Below, one piece after another: positions 38,214-48,181 of a DNA stretch of 64,000 nucleotides. The DNA comes from Oligoflexales bacterium. Its GTDB lineage: Bacteria > Bdellovibrionota_B > Oligoflexia > Oligoflexales > Bog-1112. The translations under genes were made by a program, and so were the position numbers. Location of the stretch: NCBI GenBank assembly GCA_045105515.1, contig JBGCDR010000060.1, positions 32,001 through 96,000 on the forward strand. The letters are read 5' to 3'. The notes under the pieces were generated by a model. It was not told the origin of the DNA and did no database searches. It saw nothing but the letters and a program-made list of their open reading frames with translations. Numbering within the stretch: the stretch's first letter is position 1; the number at the start of each line of letters is the position of its first letter.

Positions 38214-40145
38214 ATGGGACTAGCTAATAAAAAGCCATCGTCATTTGAGCTTCCTCCAATTAAAAGAGAGGAGTTCGAAAAAATTTCAAAGATTTTAAAG
38301 GATAAAACTGGTATTACTCTTGGAGAGTCTAAGGATAGTTTGATTTCAGCTAGACTTGGAAAGAGACTAAGAGCGCTCAACCTCCATAATTGGGATGAAT
38401 ACCATCAGTTTATATTAAGAAATAGCGATGGTGAATTAGAAAACTTCATTAACGCTTTAACCACAAATAAAACTGAGTTTTTCAGAGAAAATGAGCACTT
38501 TACCTTTATTGAGCAACAACTAAAAAAGTTTCCACCTAAAGGAACTGTAACTGTATGGGTGGTAGCCTCTTCGACGGGGCAAGAGGCTTATTCACTTGCA
38601 ATTTGCCTTTCGGAACTGTCGGAAAAGTTAAACCGCTTTGACTTTAGAATTTTAGCAAGCGACATTGATACCCAAGCCCTTGAAACTGGAGAGCGTGGTG
38701 TCTATAGTGCCAATTCAGTTAATAACGAGGTACCAAATCACCTCATAAAAAAATACTTTCTTAGAGGAAGTGGTAAGAATGCAGGTTTCTACCGTGCTAG
38801 CCCACAACTAGCCTCTAAAATTAAATTCCGCAAACATAATATCTGCGATTTTAACCTGTCAATTCCTATGAAGTTTAACTTTGTTTTTGTTCGAAATATT
38901 TTAATTTATTTCGATGAAAGTACTATTCGTCGAGTAGTTACAAAATTAAAATCACAACTTGACCCTAAAGGTTTTATAATCAGCGGTCTATGCGAAAACC
39001 TAGATGTCACCAGCCATAAACTTAAGAAGGTTTCTCAATCTGTTTACGAATTGCCATCAAACATAAACAGTTCGAGATTAACAAATTCCTCCTCCGATCA
39101 ATCAGTCAGGCCCCAAGGAAAAATATCTGTTCTAATCGTTGATGATTCCAAAGTTATTCAAAAAACTCTTGTAAAAGCCATTGAGGACGACCCCAAAATG
39201 GAAGTATTTGGGGTCGCAAATGACCCATTAGAAGCAGAAAAGCTGATGTCAAATTTAGAGCCAGATGTTATAACCCTTGATATCAATATGCCTAATGTCT
39301 CAGGAATCGAGTACCTTGAAACTCTAATACCCAAGCGGAAACTACCTGTAATCATGGTCAGTGCAGCAAATAATGAAGATGGGATGCTATCACTAAAATC
39401 AATGGAGCTCGGAGCCATTGACTTTATTCAAAAGCCAGAATTAAAATCATTCGATGATTTCGCCCAAGTTCTCCGTGATAAAATCACTAGTGCTCAAAAG
39501 ATTAAAAAATCTCTCATAAAAAAAACCAGCTTTACTTCTCCAACTGCGAACAATATAGAAATAAAACGCAGAAGCAAGTCTATTATTGCTATTGGATCTT
39601 CCACCGGGGGAACTGTTGCTCTTGCTAAAGTTCTAAGCAAACTGCCCAAGTCATTTCCTCCCATACTGATTGTCCAACACATTCCCAGCTACTTTTCAAA
39701 ACTCTTAGCTAATAGACTTAACGAAGGATGCTTATTAGAAGTTTCTGAAGCAGAACACGGCACTCCGATCGAGTGGGGTAAAGTTATTATTGCTCCTGGG
39801 GGAAAACACTTAAAAATAGCTAGAAGTAAGGAAGGTAAGTTAGTTGCACATGTTACCGAAGGTGCAGCTGTAAACAGGCATATTCCATCTGCTGATGTCT
39901 TGTTCGAATCAATGGCTAAAGTGGTAGGTAAGGATGCCATAGGGGTCATATTGACGGGCATGGGTAAAGACGGAGCAAAAGGACTCGTTGAAATGAAGCA
40001 AGCTGGATCCTATAACTTCGCTCAGGATGAACAAAGTTCGGTAGTTTTTGGAATGCCAAAAGAAGCGATTAAACTAGGCGCGGCTAACGAGGTCATATCG
40101 TTAGATGAAGTTCCAGATAAACTCTATAAATATCTAAATAAGTAG
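38214..40145 (+). CDS. CheR methyltransferase fused to REC-CheB methylesterase
   Basis: CheR motifs LTTNKTEFFRE, SSTGQEAYS, ASDID and RNILIYFD; REC motifs VDDS and TLDINMP; CheB motifs GSSTGG, VQHIP and LTGMG.DG. All in one ORF. Confidence 0.93.
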   Translation: MGLANKKPSSFELPPIKREEFEKISKILKDKTGITLGESKDSLISARLGKRLRALNLHNWDEYHQFILRNSDGELENFINALTTNKTEFFRENEHFTFIEQQLKKFPPKGTVTVWVVASSTGQEAYSLAICLSELSEKLNRFDFRILASDIDTQALETGERGVYSANSVNNEVPNHLIKKYFLRGSGKNAGFYRASPQLASKIKFRKHNICDFNLSIPMKFNFVFVRNILIYFDESTIRRVVTKLKSQLDPKGFIISGLCENLDVTSHKLKKVSQSVYELPSNINSSRLTNSSSDQSVRPQGKISVLIVDDSKVIQKTLVKAIEDDPKMEVFGVANDPLEAEKLMSNLEPDVITLDINMPNVSGIEYLETLIPKRKLPVIMVSAANNEDGMLSLKSMELGAIDFIQKPELKSFDDFAQVLRDKITSAQKIKKSLIKKTSFTSPTANNIEIKRRSKSIIAIGSSTGGTVALAKVLSKLPKSFPPILIVQHIPSYFSKLLANRLNEGCLLEVSEAEHGTPIEWGKVIIAPGGKHLKIARSKEGKLVAHVTEGAAVNRHIPSADVLFESMAKVVGKDAIGVILTGMGKDGAKGLVEMKQAGSYNFAQDEQSSVVFGMPKEAIKLGAANEVISLDEVPDKLYKYLNK

Positions 40146-40380
40146 CAAAAAAATATGTCCTAGCGGACATGGAGTACTATCAAGACTCAACTATTCTTCT
40201 TCAGAAAATCCCACCAAATATTATTTTTTCTCTTCGTTAGAATTTATCTATTGCAAAATCTTATTGTCCTAGTAGGTGTTAACCTGGGCTCATTTTCGCG
40301 TTGCTAGGAACTGATGACTTCAATAATACCATGCAACATAAGTGAACCTGAAAGCAGCTCAAGGGAGAATAGGAGAACTT

Positions 40381-41676
40381 ATGTCGAAAAAACATGAATA
40401 TGCAAGCGGATTTGCGAGTTATTTTGAAACTGAGGCCATGGAAGGAGCTCTTCCCAAGGGAAAAAATGCTCCCCAAAAACCGCCTTTAGGACTTTATACG
40501 GAGCAGCTTAGTGGAACAGCCTTCACCCGCCCTAGGTCGCAAAACTTCAGAACTTGGCTTTATCGCATACAACCTTCAGTCAGCCAAGGCAAGTTCTCCC
40601 ATCTACCTATGAAGCTATTTTCATCGCCACCATTTGCAAATTGTGAACCAAGCTCTCCAAACCAAATGCGTTGGGATCCTTTGCCGTTACCTCAAGAAAA
40701 ACTGGATTTTATTGATGGTTGTATAAGTTGGTTAGGAATTGGAAGCCCTCAAGCCTTTGCTGGTGGAGCTATCCACCTGTACGCCTGCACTAAGTCAATG
40801 GATAACCGTTTTTTTTACAACTGCGATGCAGAGCTTCTAGTGGTACCACAGGATGGAGCTCTTTCCATTGTTACAGAGCTTGGTAGCCTCGATCTAGTAC
40901 CAGGGTTCATTGCCTGTCTTCCTAGAGGAATTAAATTCCAGGTAAATCCTACAGGAAGGCATGCAAGGGGCTACTTATTGGAAAACTTTGGCCAACCATT
41001 TCATTTACCTGAACTAGGTCCCATTGGCGCAAATGGTCTAGCAAATCCCCGCGACTTTGAGTACCCAAAGGCCGAATATTTTGACACAAGTGGTGATTTT
41101 CAGATTATCTGCAAATATCAGGGGCAAATGTGGCTAAGCTTTCAGAATCATCATCCGCTAGATGTGGTTGCCTGGCATGGAAATTATGCTCCCTATCGCT
41201 ATGACCTACGCTTATTCAATACTATGGGATCTATAAGTTTTGACCATCCTGACCCTTCTATTTTTACTGTTCTTACATCTCAAACTGACTCCCCAGGTAT
41301 CGCTAATATAGATTTTGTGATCTTCCCTCAACGCTGGATGGTTGCTGAAGACACGTTTAGACCTCCTTACTACCATCGCAACATTATGAGCGAATATATG
41401 GGTCTCATTTATGGAACTTATGATGCTAAACCTGGTGGTTTTGTCCCTGGAGGAGGGTCCCTACACAATTGTATGGCACCTCATGGACCAGACCGTGACG
41501 CTTTCCTAGCTGCCACTGCAGCAGATTTGAAACCTGAAAATTATCAAGATACTCTAGCATTTATGTTTGAAAGCAAGCTTATTTGGCAACCAACAAGATT
41601 TGCACTAGATACCCACCTCTTACAACAAAACTATCAAGAGTGTTGGACTGGGCTTCCAAACAACTTCAAAAATTGA
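40381..41676 (+). CDS. hmgA: Homogentisate 1,2-dioxygenase
   Basis: GLY.EQLSGTAFT.PR, WLYRI.P, GPIGANGLAN.RDF, FDHPDPSIFTVLT and FRPPYYHRN.MSE. AGGAG SD. Confidence 0.97.
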   Translation: MSKKHEYASGFASYFETEAMEGALPKGKNAPQKPPLGLYTEQLSGTAFTRPRSQNFRTWLYRIQPSVSQGKFSHLPMKLFSSPPFANCEPSSPNQMRWDPLPLPQEKLDFIDGCISWLGIGSPQAFAGGAIHLYACTKSMDNRFFYNCDAELLVVPQDGALSIVTELGSLDLVPGFIACLPRGIKFQVNPTGRHARGYLLENFGQPFHLPELGPIGANGLANPRDFEYPKAEYFDTSGDFQIICKYQGQMWLSFQNHHPLDVVAWHGNYAPYRYDLRLFNTMGSISFDHPDPSIFTVLTSQTDSPGIANIDFVIFPQRWMVAEDTFRPPYYHRNIMSEYMGLIYGTYDAKPGGFVPGGGSLHNCMAPHGPDRDAFLAATAADLKPENYQDTLAFMFESKLIWQPTRFALDTHLLQQNYQECWTGLPNNFKN

Positions 41677-41686
41677 GAACCTATTT

Positions 41687-42223
41687 ATGGATTTTTATTT
41701 GAATACTAGCAACAAAGGAAAGTTAGCTGAATTTGAAAAGCTCTTTGCCCTCCACGGCCTGAGCTTGAAGTCAGGTACACTCGATTTACCGGAAATTGAT
41801 GCAGACCCAATGAGTGTCATAGTCCATAAAGCGAGTTCCTTAGATGAGAATTGCCTTGTTGACGATACCAGCTTAGATGTTGAAGGAACAAAAATTGGCG
41901 TCAATATACGCTGGCTCCTAAACAATCTTCAATTGCATCTAGGAAAAAGAGCTACTTGGACCGTACTTCTAGGTCATAAGAAGGATCAAAAGGTCAATAT
42001 CTACAAAGGTGAAGTACATGGCCTTATTGTCAAACCTCAGGGCGATGAGGGGTTCGGCTTTGATCCTTACTTTTGCCCAAAAGGGCGCAGTGAAACCTTA
42101 GCACAAAGTAAACCTCACGATGTCAATGCTCGTGCAATTGCTGTTGAAAATTTTGTTACTAAGAGGATTTATCAAGTTCATAAACCTATCACCGACTGGC
42201 GAGGTTCTTGGCAACAAACATAG
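41687..42223 (+). CDS. Ham1/ITPase-family non-canonical NTP pyrophosphatase (divergent)
   Basis: TSN.GKL.E, DDTSL.V, GEV.G.I and GFGFDPYF. Confidence 0.85.
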   Translation: MDFYLNTSNKGKLAEFEKLFALHGLSLKSGTLDLPEIDADPMSVIVHKASSLDENCLVDDTSLDVEGTKIGVNIRWLLNNLQLHLGKRATWTVLLGHKKDQKVNIYKGEVHGLIVKPQGDEGFGFDPYFCPKGRSETLAQSKPHDVNARAIAVENFVTKRIYQVHKPITDWRGSWQQT

Positions 42224-42227
42224 GATG

Positions 42228-42608
42228 TTATTTTTGCTTTGAAAGAATATGTGAAACCAGCTTCTCAACCACATCTTGTTTAATGGGTTTAATACACCAT
42301 CCTTTGACCCCTGCGACTTTGGCTATACTTATGGCCTGTGGGTTATCCTCGGTAGTTAATACTACAAAAGGGATATCAGGGTAGGAACCATACTCATTAA
42401 CTATGACTGTCTGAATCATGGTTAGCCCATCCATAACTGGCATATTTACGTCAACAAATGCTAACTCACAATCGGTACTTTGTTTAAGTTTCCTTAAACC
42501 CTCACTACCATCACCAGCTTCTATAACCTCATGACCAATTGCTTCAAGCATCGTTCGCATACTTGCTCTCATAGGAGCAGAGTCATCGACTATAAGTATT
42601 TTTGGCAT
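42228..42608 (-). CDS. Single-domain response regulator (CheY-like)
   Basis: ILIVDDS, DVNMP.MDG, LTTE and KP. Confidence 0.93.
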   Translation of the reverse strand: MPKILIVDDSAPMRASMRTMLEAIGHEVIEAGDGSEGLRKLKQSTDCELAFVDVNMPVMDGLTMIQTVIVNEYGSYPDIPFVVLTTEDNPQAISIAKVAGVKGWCIKPIKQDVVEKLVSHILSKQK

Positions 42609-42727
42609 CGCTTAGACCTTCAGGTAAGTAAATCTCTTGATTTTATCATTAATAACCATAGAATTTAATACTAAATTTCATTGATGGATTTTGGAAGTAA
42701 GCTTATTCGCAACTCAAGCTTTGTTTT

Positions 42728-43954
42728 CTACTGTTTTAAGGCTTTAGAAACTCTAAAACAAAAGCTTGATCCGCTGGGATGGTTGTCTTCGACCCAAATC
42801 AATCCTTGGTGAGCTTCGATAACCTTCTGACAAAAAGCGAGACCTAAACCTTGGCTACTTCCACTCACTTCATTCGTGAGTTTATCTAATTTGAAATTCT
42901 TGATGAAAACTTTTTGTTTAAAGTGATTGGGGATACCAGGGCCTTGGTCCTTAACTTTAAAAACAACACAATTTTTAGAGGGCTCATCTAAACAGTCAAT
43001 TTGAATTTTGTTGCTCATTGGCGCATATTTATTAGCGTTTGAAATGAGGTTTTCAAGGGTTCTACTGATGAGATCGTTATCTAAGACTACTTTTTCTGCT
43101 TGAATAACGCCTATCTCCATTGGCAAACATTCTTCATTGCTTAAACTTTGGATCAGTGTCTCTAAAAATTCTCTTATATTTACTGACTCTAATTTTAGCT
43201 GATCGGTAAAAAGCTGATCCCCATCTGCTCCTAAATATTTCTCAATCATTTGACCGATTCTAATGGCCGAGTTAGATATTTTTTCGATATATTTTTCTGG
43301 ATCCTTCTTCTTTCCAACCATATTGCAGGCACTTACAATCACCGAAAGGGGGTTTTTGAAGTCGTGAATTAACATTGAAGTTAAATCTTGGTTCTCTTGA
43401 AGAAGCTCTTGGACCCGAGAAAAATTAAACCTAAGCTCCTCTTCTTGCTTCATAGTTTGAAAGTTTTGAAATCGCAGTTTAAGGTTGGAAGAGACTGCTT
43501 CGGCTAATATTTTCAAACCATCAATCTGTCTATCCGAGGGCTGCCGTTCCTTAACATCAAGAACACAAAGTGTTCCAAGATTTAATCCACTTTCATATTG
43601 AATGGGCACCCCTGCATAAAACTTAACATTTGGCTCATTAACAACAAATGGATTATTAGAAAACCTAGTGTCCTTTTTCATATCGGTAACTATGAGAGGC
43701 TCATTCTTTAGTATTGTATGAGTACAAAAAGAGATTTCTCTTGGTGTTTCAACCAGGTCCACACCAGTTTTAGCCTTAAACCACTGCCTGTTTTTATCAA
43801 TTAGGCTCATTAAACTAATAGGCGTTTCTAGTATATTCGCTGCTAGCTCCGCAAGATGCTGATATTCTTTTTCAATATCTGTATCCAGGATAAACAAGTC
43901 ATACAGTGATTTAAGCCGCAGCTCTTCATTTTTTGGCAAAGGAATAGTTTTCAA
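42728..43954 (-). CDS. GAF-domain sensor histidine kinase
   Basis: NE..RL..L, RQWFKA, SFC.HTI and FYAGVP (GAF); HDFKNPL, NL.SNA.KY, D.GPG and GLGL. Confidence 0.93.
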   Translation of the reverse strand: MKTIPLPKNEELRLKSLYDLFILDTDIEKEYQHLAELAANILETPISLMSLIDKNRQWFKAKTGVDLVETPREISFCTHTILKNEPLIVTDMKKDTRFSNNPFVVNEPNVKFYAGVPIQYESGLNLGTLCVLDVKERQPSDRQIDGLKILAEAVSSNLKLRFQNFQTMKQEEELRFNFSRVQELLQENQDLTSMLIHDFKNPLSVIVSACNMVGKKKDPEKYIEKISNSAIRIGQMIEKYLGADGDQLFTDQLKLESVNIREFLETLIQSLSNEECLPMEIGVIQAEKVVLDNDLISRTLENLISNANKYAPMSNKIQIDCLDEPSKNCVVFKVKDQGPGIPNHFKQKVFIKNFKLDKLTNEVSGSSQGLGLAFCQKVIEAHQGLIWVEDNHPSGSSFCFRVSKALKQ

Positions 43955-44023
43955 TTTTACCTACCCTGCGATAGTTTTGAAGACAAAAAGCTTTATTACA
44001 TAAATAAAGCCTGTATAAATATG

Positions 44024-44051
44024 ATATCGGCTTGAGAGGATAAATGCTTTA
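44024..44051 (-). promoter_or_regulatory. Putative sigma-28 promoter
   Basis: TAAA-N16-GCCGATAT, close to the FliA consensus, upstream of the GAF kinase. Confidence 0.6.
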
Positions 44052-44088
44052 AGCTGTCAAGAATAGTGAATAAGTAGAAGATGAAGAA

Positions 44089-45384
44089 TTAGATATATTT
44101 GTGCAAAATAATCCTCTCACCAGGTGTAGCAAAGAGTTCTCTATTTTTGATTAAAGTTTCATTGGCAAAATCACTATCCCTTAGGTTAAGATCAGAAAAA
44201 CTTGGCCTTAATACGTTAAATTTTCCAGTCTTGAGATTATAATGACAGCCGTAGCAGACATCTGGAGCAAGTCTTATAGCACTTTCTCCTCGATGATTGC
44301 GAATCATTCCAAATGGACTGAAGACTCCCCTAGCATCAAATGAAGCAAAATTTAACACCCCAGAGGATGATTGTTCGATCATTTCAGTTTCAATAGCTTC
44401 CCCGTTTTCATCCAATGTTTCGGCAATTACCGTAGAATTAAGCCAGTTACGATAAATACGCCTGGCACTATGTTTAGCAAAACTATTTAAATGAAGCTCA
44501 CTTCGCCACTGCAGGCTAGTATGGTAATCTCCAATCCTTTTTTTTAAAGAGTTTAGATCAAAATCCGTTTGAACAAGAATCGGCATGGTAACAGCGAGCC
44601 AAGTTTTTAACTTCATCACATTAATACGCTCAACTCCGGGGCTTTTTTCCTTTACTACTATTTTGTAAGTAATTCCTAGCAAGACTTTCTTAAAACCTTC
44701 TTTATCAAGTCCAGGAAGCTGATTTAAAAAAGCTATTTTTGTCCAATAATCTGTTAGCTGCAGAACTTGTTCAGCCGATGGTGGCCTACCTGCAAACCTT
44801 GAAATCATTCCCGAGAGCTGCTGCTTTATCTGATTCAATCTGTGAGATGTACCTGGAGATTGTTCTAAAACCTGATGGACTTTGTCAATCGAATCTAAAT
44901 AACTGCTCTTCAATAATGACACAATCGTTTTCTCATCCATGCTATCACTACCAGGAATCCCTATCGTAGCAACAATCTGCCTTCCATATAAGGTTGCAAG
45001 GCCCATATGAGTACTTTTTTTTGAACGAGCTTGCTTTAGTGTCTGCACTGGATAGGGATTTTTTTGGATTAATGGATTAAATTTTCCTGAAATAGGAATT
45101 TGCAAAAAATTATCAGCGAAAACCCTATTAAAAACTGGTGCGGAAGAACAAAATCTTAGAGGATTAGATTCCATTTCTTCATTCCCTTTTAAACTAATGA
45201 GCCTGGAAAAATCCATCTGAAAAGCAAAAGGCGAAACCGACAAAAAGCTCTGTGCTAAGATCGATACAGCAATGAATGTGAATGGAAACATAGCGTTCAT
45301 TCCCAAAACAGCCTGAGCATATTGAATTTTTACAATTGGCCAATTAGCCATGAGCATTACAGCATGTTTCAAAAATAAGATCAA
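44089..45384 (-). CDS. Secreted hypothetical protein with one CxxCH motif
   Basis: Signal-like N-terminus (probably from an internal Met); CYGCH near the C-terminus. Confidence 0.55.
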   Translation of the reverse strand: MILFLKHAVMLMANWPIVKIQYAQAVLGMNAMFPFTFIAVSILAQSFLSVSPFAFQMDFSRLISLKGNEEMESNPLRFCSSAPVFNRVFADNFLQIPISGKFNPLIQKNPYPVQTLKQARSKKSTHMGLATLYGRQIVATIGIPGSDSMDEKTIVSLLKSSYLDSIDKVHQVLEQSPGTSHRLNQIKQQLSGMISRFAGRPPSAEQVLQLTDYWTKIAFLNQLPGLDKEGFKKVLLGITYKIVVKEKSPGVERINVMKLKTWLAVTMPILVQTDFDLNSLKKRIGDYHTSLQWRSELHLNSFAKHSARRIYRNWLNSTVIAETLDENGEAIETEMIEQSSSGVLNFASFDARGVFSPFGMIRNHRGESAIRLAPDVCYGCHYNLKTGKFNVLRPSFSDLNLRDSDFANETLIKNRELFATPGERIILHKYI

Positions 45385-45394
45385 GTTGGCAGAA

Positions 45395-46003
45395 TTAAAA
45401 CCTCACAGGTGGCACCGCAATCTTTCTAATTTCCTGATCCAATTGCATTGGGTCTTCATACACCTCAAGAAAATCATCCTGAAACTTGAAAATTTTCAAG
45501 TCAGGATTCAGCAGGGTACGCTGCTCATTAAAACCAAAACTTTTATTTAAATAATTAAGGGCCAGTGCTAACAATTGTCCATGACCCGAAACTAGAACTT
45601 GCTTTCCTGTATGCACGGCAGCGATGTGCTTAAGAGTGGCAAGAATACGCTCTTGGGCACTCTTTGAAGACTCACATCCTGGCAATGAAAAGCTGAAATA
45701 TATCCAAGATTTTCTATGAATTTCCTGATAGTTTTTTTTATTATAAGAAAGGACTAGCTGTCTTTCCTTTAGCTGATCAAGGCATTGGTAATCTAGCTTA
45801 TTCTTCTTGCAATAGGGGGCAATGGTTTCAAGGCATCTCAAATAAGGGCTGGAATATATTTCTGCAAAATTAATTTGAGCCAAGATATCTGCTAGTTTAT
45901 TAGCCTGCTTATAACCATGCTCTGTTAAATGCCAATCACCAGTTTTTTTTGATGAGTCATGTAGGCTTTGAGCATGCCTGAGATAGTAAATTAAAGTGCT
46001 CAT
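45395..46003 (-). CDS. Histidine phosphatase (phosphoglycerate mutase) family protein
   Basis: LRHA.S, LT..G..QA, YSSPY.RC.ET, GES-like motif and V.GHG. Confidence 0.92.
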   Translation of the reverse strand: MSTLIYYLRHAQSLHDSSKKTGDWHLTEHGYKQANKLADILAQINFAEIYSSPYLRCLETIAPYCKKNKLDYQCLDQLKERQLVLSYNKKNYQEIHRKSWIYFSFSLPGCESSKSAQERILATLKHIAAVHTGKQVLVSGHGQLLALALNYLNKSFGFNEQRTLLNPDLKIFKFQDDFLEVYEDPMQLDQEIRKIAVPPVRF

Positions 46004-46037
46004 ATTTCTGTCTATTCACAAACAAGATTGTATATTT

Positions 46038-47213
46038 TTAGTTTGGCTTCTTTCTAATAGTAACTCGCTGCTCTCCACAGCGGCCAGTAAGCATATCAAA
46101 ATTCATCGACCTTATCACTAAAAATCTGCCAATTTGTATGGAAGCATTCTCCTTAAGATCAGGGGCCGATAGCTCCAATTCCGTTTGGGTCTTCATATTA
46201 ATCGAAGTTGAATCCAACTCAAGCAAATGAATTGAATGAGTGCTATTCCCAATCTTAAAATCCATATTTTTTCCAAAGCCGAGAAAATGTTCTATAAGGT
46301 CTACAGATTGATTATCAAATCCATGAGTGCGAGTGTGAAAAGCTAAGCCTATATTTCCCCTTAATTCCCGCAGTGGAATGTCGAGTTGCTTATTATAAAA
46401 TTGTTCCAATACATCGAATGCTTGCTCAAGACCAAGATCATTGGCCTTATCTAAGCTCCCATTATGATAAAGTCTTTGCCCATCAGCAAAAATGCTGACA
46501 TGAAATCTCGAAAAATCCTTAAAGACCTGTTGACTTATGAAAAGTTCTCTGTTGCTTGAACTTGTTGGTATTAGACTGAACTGCTGACGAATAGCTCGTA
46601 ATTCTGGATCTTCATCGATTAAATATTCTTGAACCATTGGTAAATGTTTATAAATCTTAGTCAATTTATCGAAGCTATGTTGCGCATCCAGATGATCAGC
46701 ATCAAAATTTTTACCATAAATTTGAGCTATACCTTTAAAACTTTTCTTGTAGAGCCTTTCCAAACTCTGGTGCGAACTCGAAAAACCCGAAAAAAATTGG
46801 GAAAATCTATTTTTATATTTTGACTTATTACTAAGCCCCTGTGGTCCCAACGAAAATAAAAAAGTAGGATTGGAGGTACTCGTGCTGATTCCTTTCAAAT
46901 CTACAAATATGCTCCCCACAAGAGTAGAACAATAGTTGTAAAATTCATCATATTTAGTCTCAGCTATGATATATTCACGAAGAATATCATCATATTTTCC
47001 ATCTATTATTATTGGTTCATCATTTTCGGTTAAGATAGGTTGTGCAAATCTTTTATAGTCGGAAAAAGAGTTCTTCAAATAACAGAAGATATAGATATCT
47101 TTGGAATACCCCTGATAGGCCAATCCTAACTGCAAAAAAAGTAGAAAATAAATCTGGGTGCATTTTTTTATGAAATTCATTTTTACTAACCCTTTATTTT
47201 TCTGTGAGATCAC
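46038..47213 (-). CDS. Secreted hypothetical protein
   Basis: 391-aa ORF with a signal-like hydrophobic stretch; no recognised family. Confidence 0.6.
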   Translation of the reverse strand: MISQKNKGLVKMNFIKKCTQIYFLLFLQLGLAYQGYSKDIYIFCYLKNSFSDYKRFAQPILTENDEPIIIDGKYDDILREYIIAETKYDEFYNYCSTLVGSIFVDLKGISTSTSNPTFLFSLGPQGLSNKSKYKNRFSQFFSGFSSSHQSLERLYKKSFKGIAQIYGKNFDADHLDAQHSFDKLTKIYKHLPMVQEYLIDEDPELRAIRQQFSLIPTSSSNRELFISQQVFKDFSRFHVSIFADGQRLYHNGSLDKANDLGLEQAFDVLEQFYNKQLDIPLRELRGNIGLAFHTRTHGFDNQSVDLIEHFLGFGKNMDFKIGNSTHSIHLLELDSTSINMKTQTELELSAPDLKENASIQIGRFLVIRSMNFDMLTGRCGEQRVTIRKKPN

Positions 47214-47477
47214 CTCGCTTGGAGACTGGTATACTCTAAATTGAATAGGTTTTCATCAAGTTATCCATAAACTTGTTCCGAGAATAAAAGTCTCAAATAT
47301 CTGAGCTATGATCGATCAAAAAATTCAAAGAAACCTAAGAATATTGGTATAATCAGTAACATGATTGGCAGATTTAAAAAGCTACGAATATTGGGGGAAT
47401 TTATATTATGTTAAGATAGAGCCAGTTAAAATATTCTTAATTTTTTTTCGCTACTTAATGGCAAAGGATTTGGCAGC

Positions 47478-48152
47478 ATGGTCAGGAGTTATCACCACCT
47501 AAATGGGTTAATAGTTTTTGTTATTTTTGCTCTTATTACGGCTTTAGGCCAAATTATTTCGCCAACGAGTTCACTTATAGCGCAGCAGATAGAAAAAAAA
47601 AAAATATCTAAAATCATATTCCTTGGAGATTCTATAACAGCTGGTTATGGTGTTAATAAATCCCAAGCATATCCTGCTCTCCTCGCAACAAAACTCAAGG
47701 ATGCAAAGCTTGATTCATATAATATCATCAATGGGGGTATCAGTGGCTCAACCACTGCCAGTGGGCTATCTCGTCTAAAATGGCAGTTAAAGGGAAAGCC
47801 AAAGTTTATAATTATTGCTCTAGGTGCTAATGACGGTTTAAGAGGAACCAAAGTAGACAAAACTAAAGACAACTTAGAAGAAATTATCAACTTAGCAAAG
47901 GAGTCTGATCTAAAGATTCTATTAGCAGGGATGATGATGCCACCAAATTATGGGAAACAGTATACCAAAGAGTTTGCTAAAATATTTCCAGAACTAGCGG
48001 CAAAATATCAAATTCCATTGATGCCTTTCTTACTGAAAGGCGTAGCAGGTGAGCCCAAGTTAAATCAAAGTGATGGAATCCATCCCAATGAAGCAGGACA
48101 CAAAGTCATAGCAGAAGAAATGTGGCCATATCTACGTCAACTCTTAAATTAA
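47478..48152 (+). CDS. tesA: SGNH arylesterase/acyl-CoA thioesterase I
   Basis: GDSITAGYG, NGGISG.TT..G, LGANDG, PPNYG and DGIHPN. Confidence 0.93.
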   Translation: MVRSYHHLNGLIVFVIFALITALGQIISPTSSLIAQQIEKKKISKIIFLGDSITAGYGVNKSQAYPALLATKLKDAKLDSYNIINGGISGSTTASGLSRLKWQLKGKPKFIIIALGANDGLRGTKVDKTKDNLEEIINLAKESDLKILLAGMMMPPNYGKQYTKEFAKIFPELAAKYQIPLMPFLLKGVAGEPKLNQSDGIHPNEAGHKVIAEEMWPYLRQLLN

Positions 48153-48181
48153 AAAAAATATAAACATTAAGGACAGTATCA

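Noticed and set aside
47261..47269. DnaA box or replication origin (TTATCCATA)
   Set aside because: A single mismatched box with no cluster and no dnaA context.
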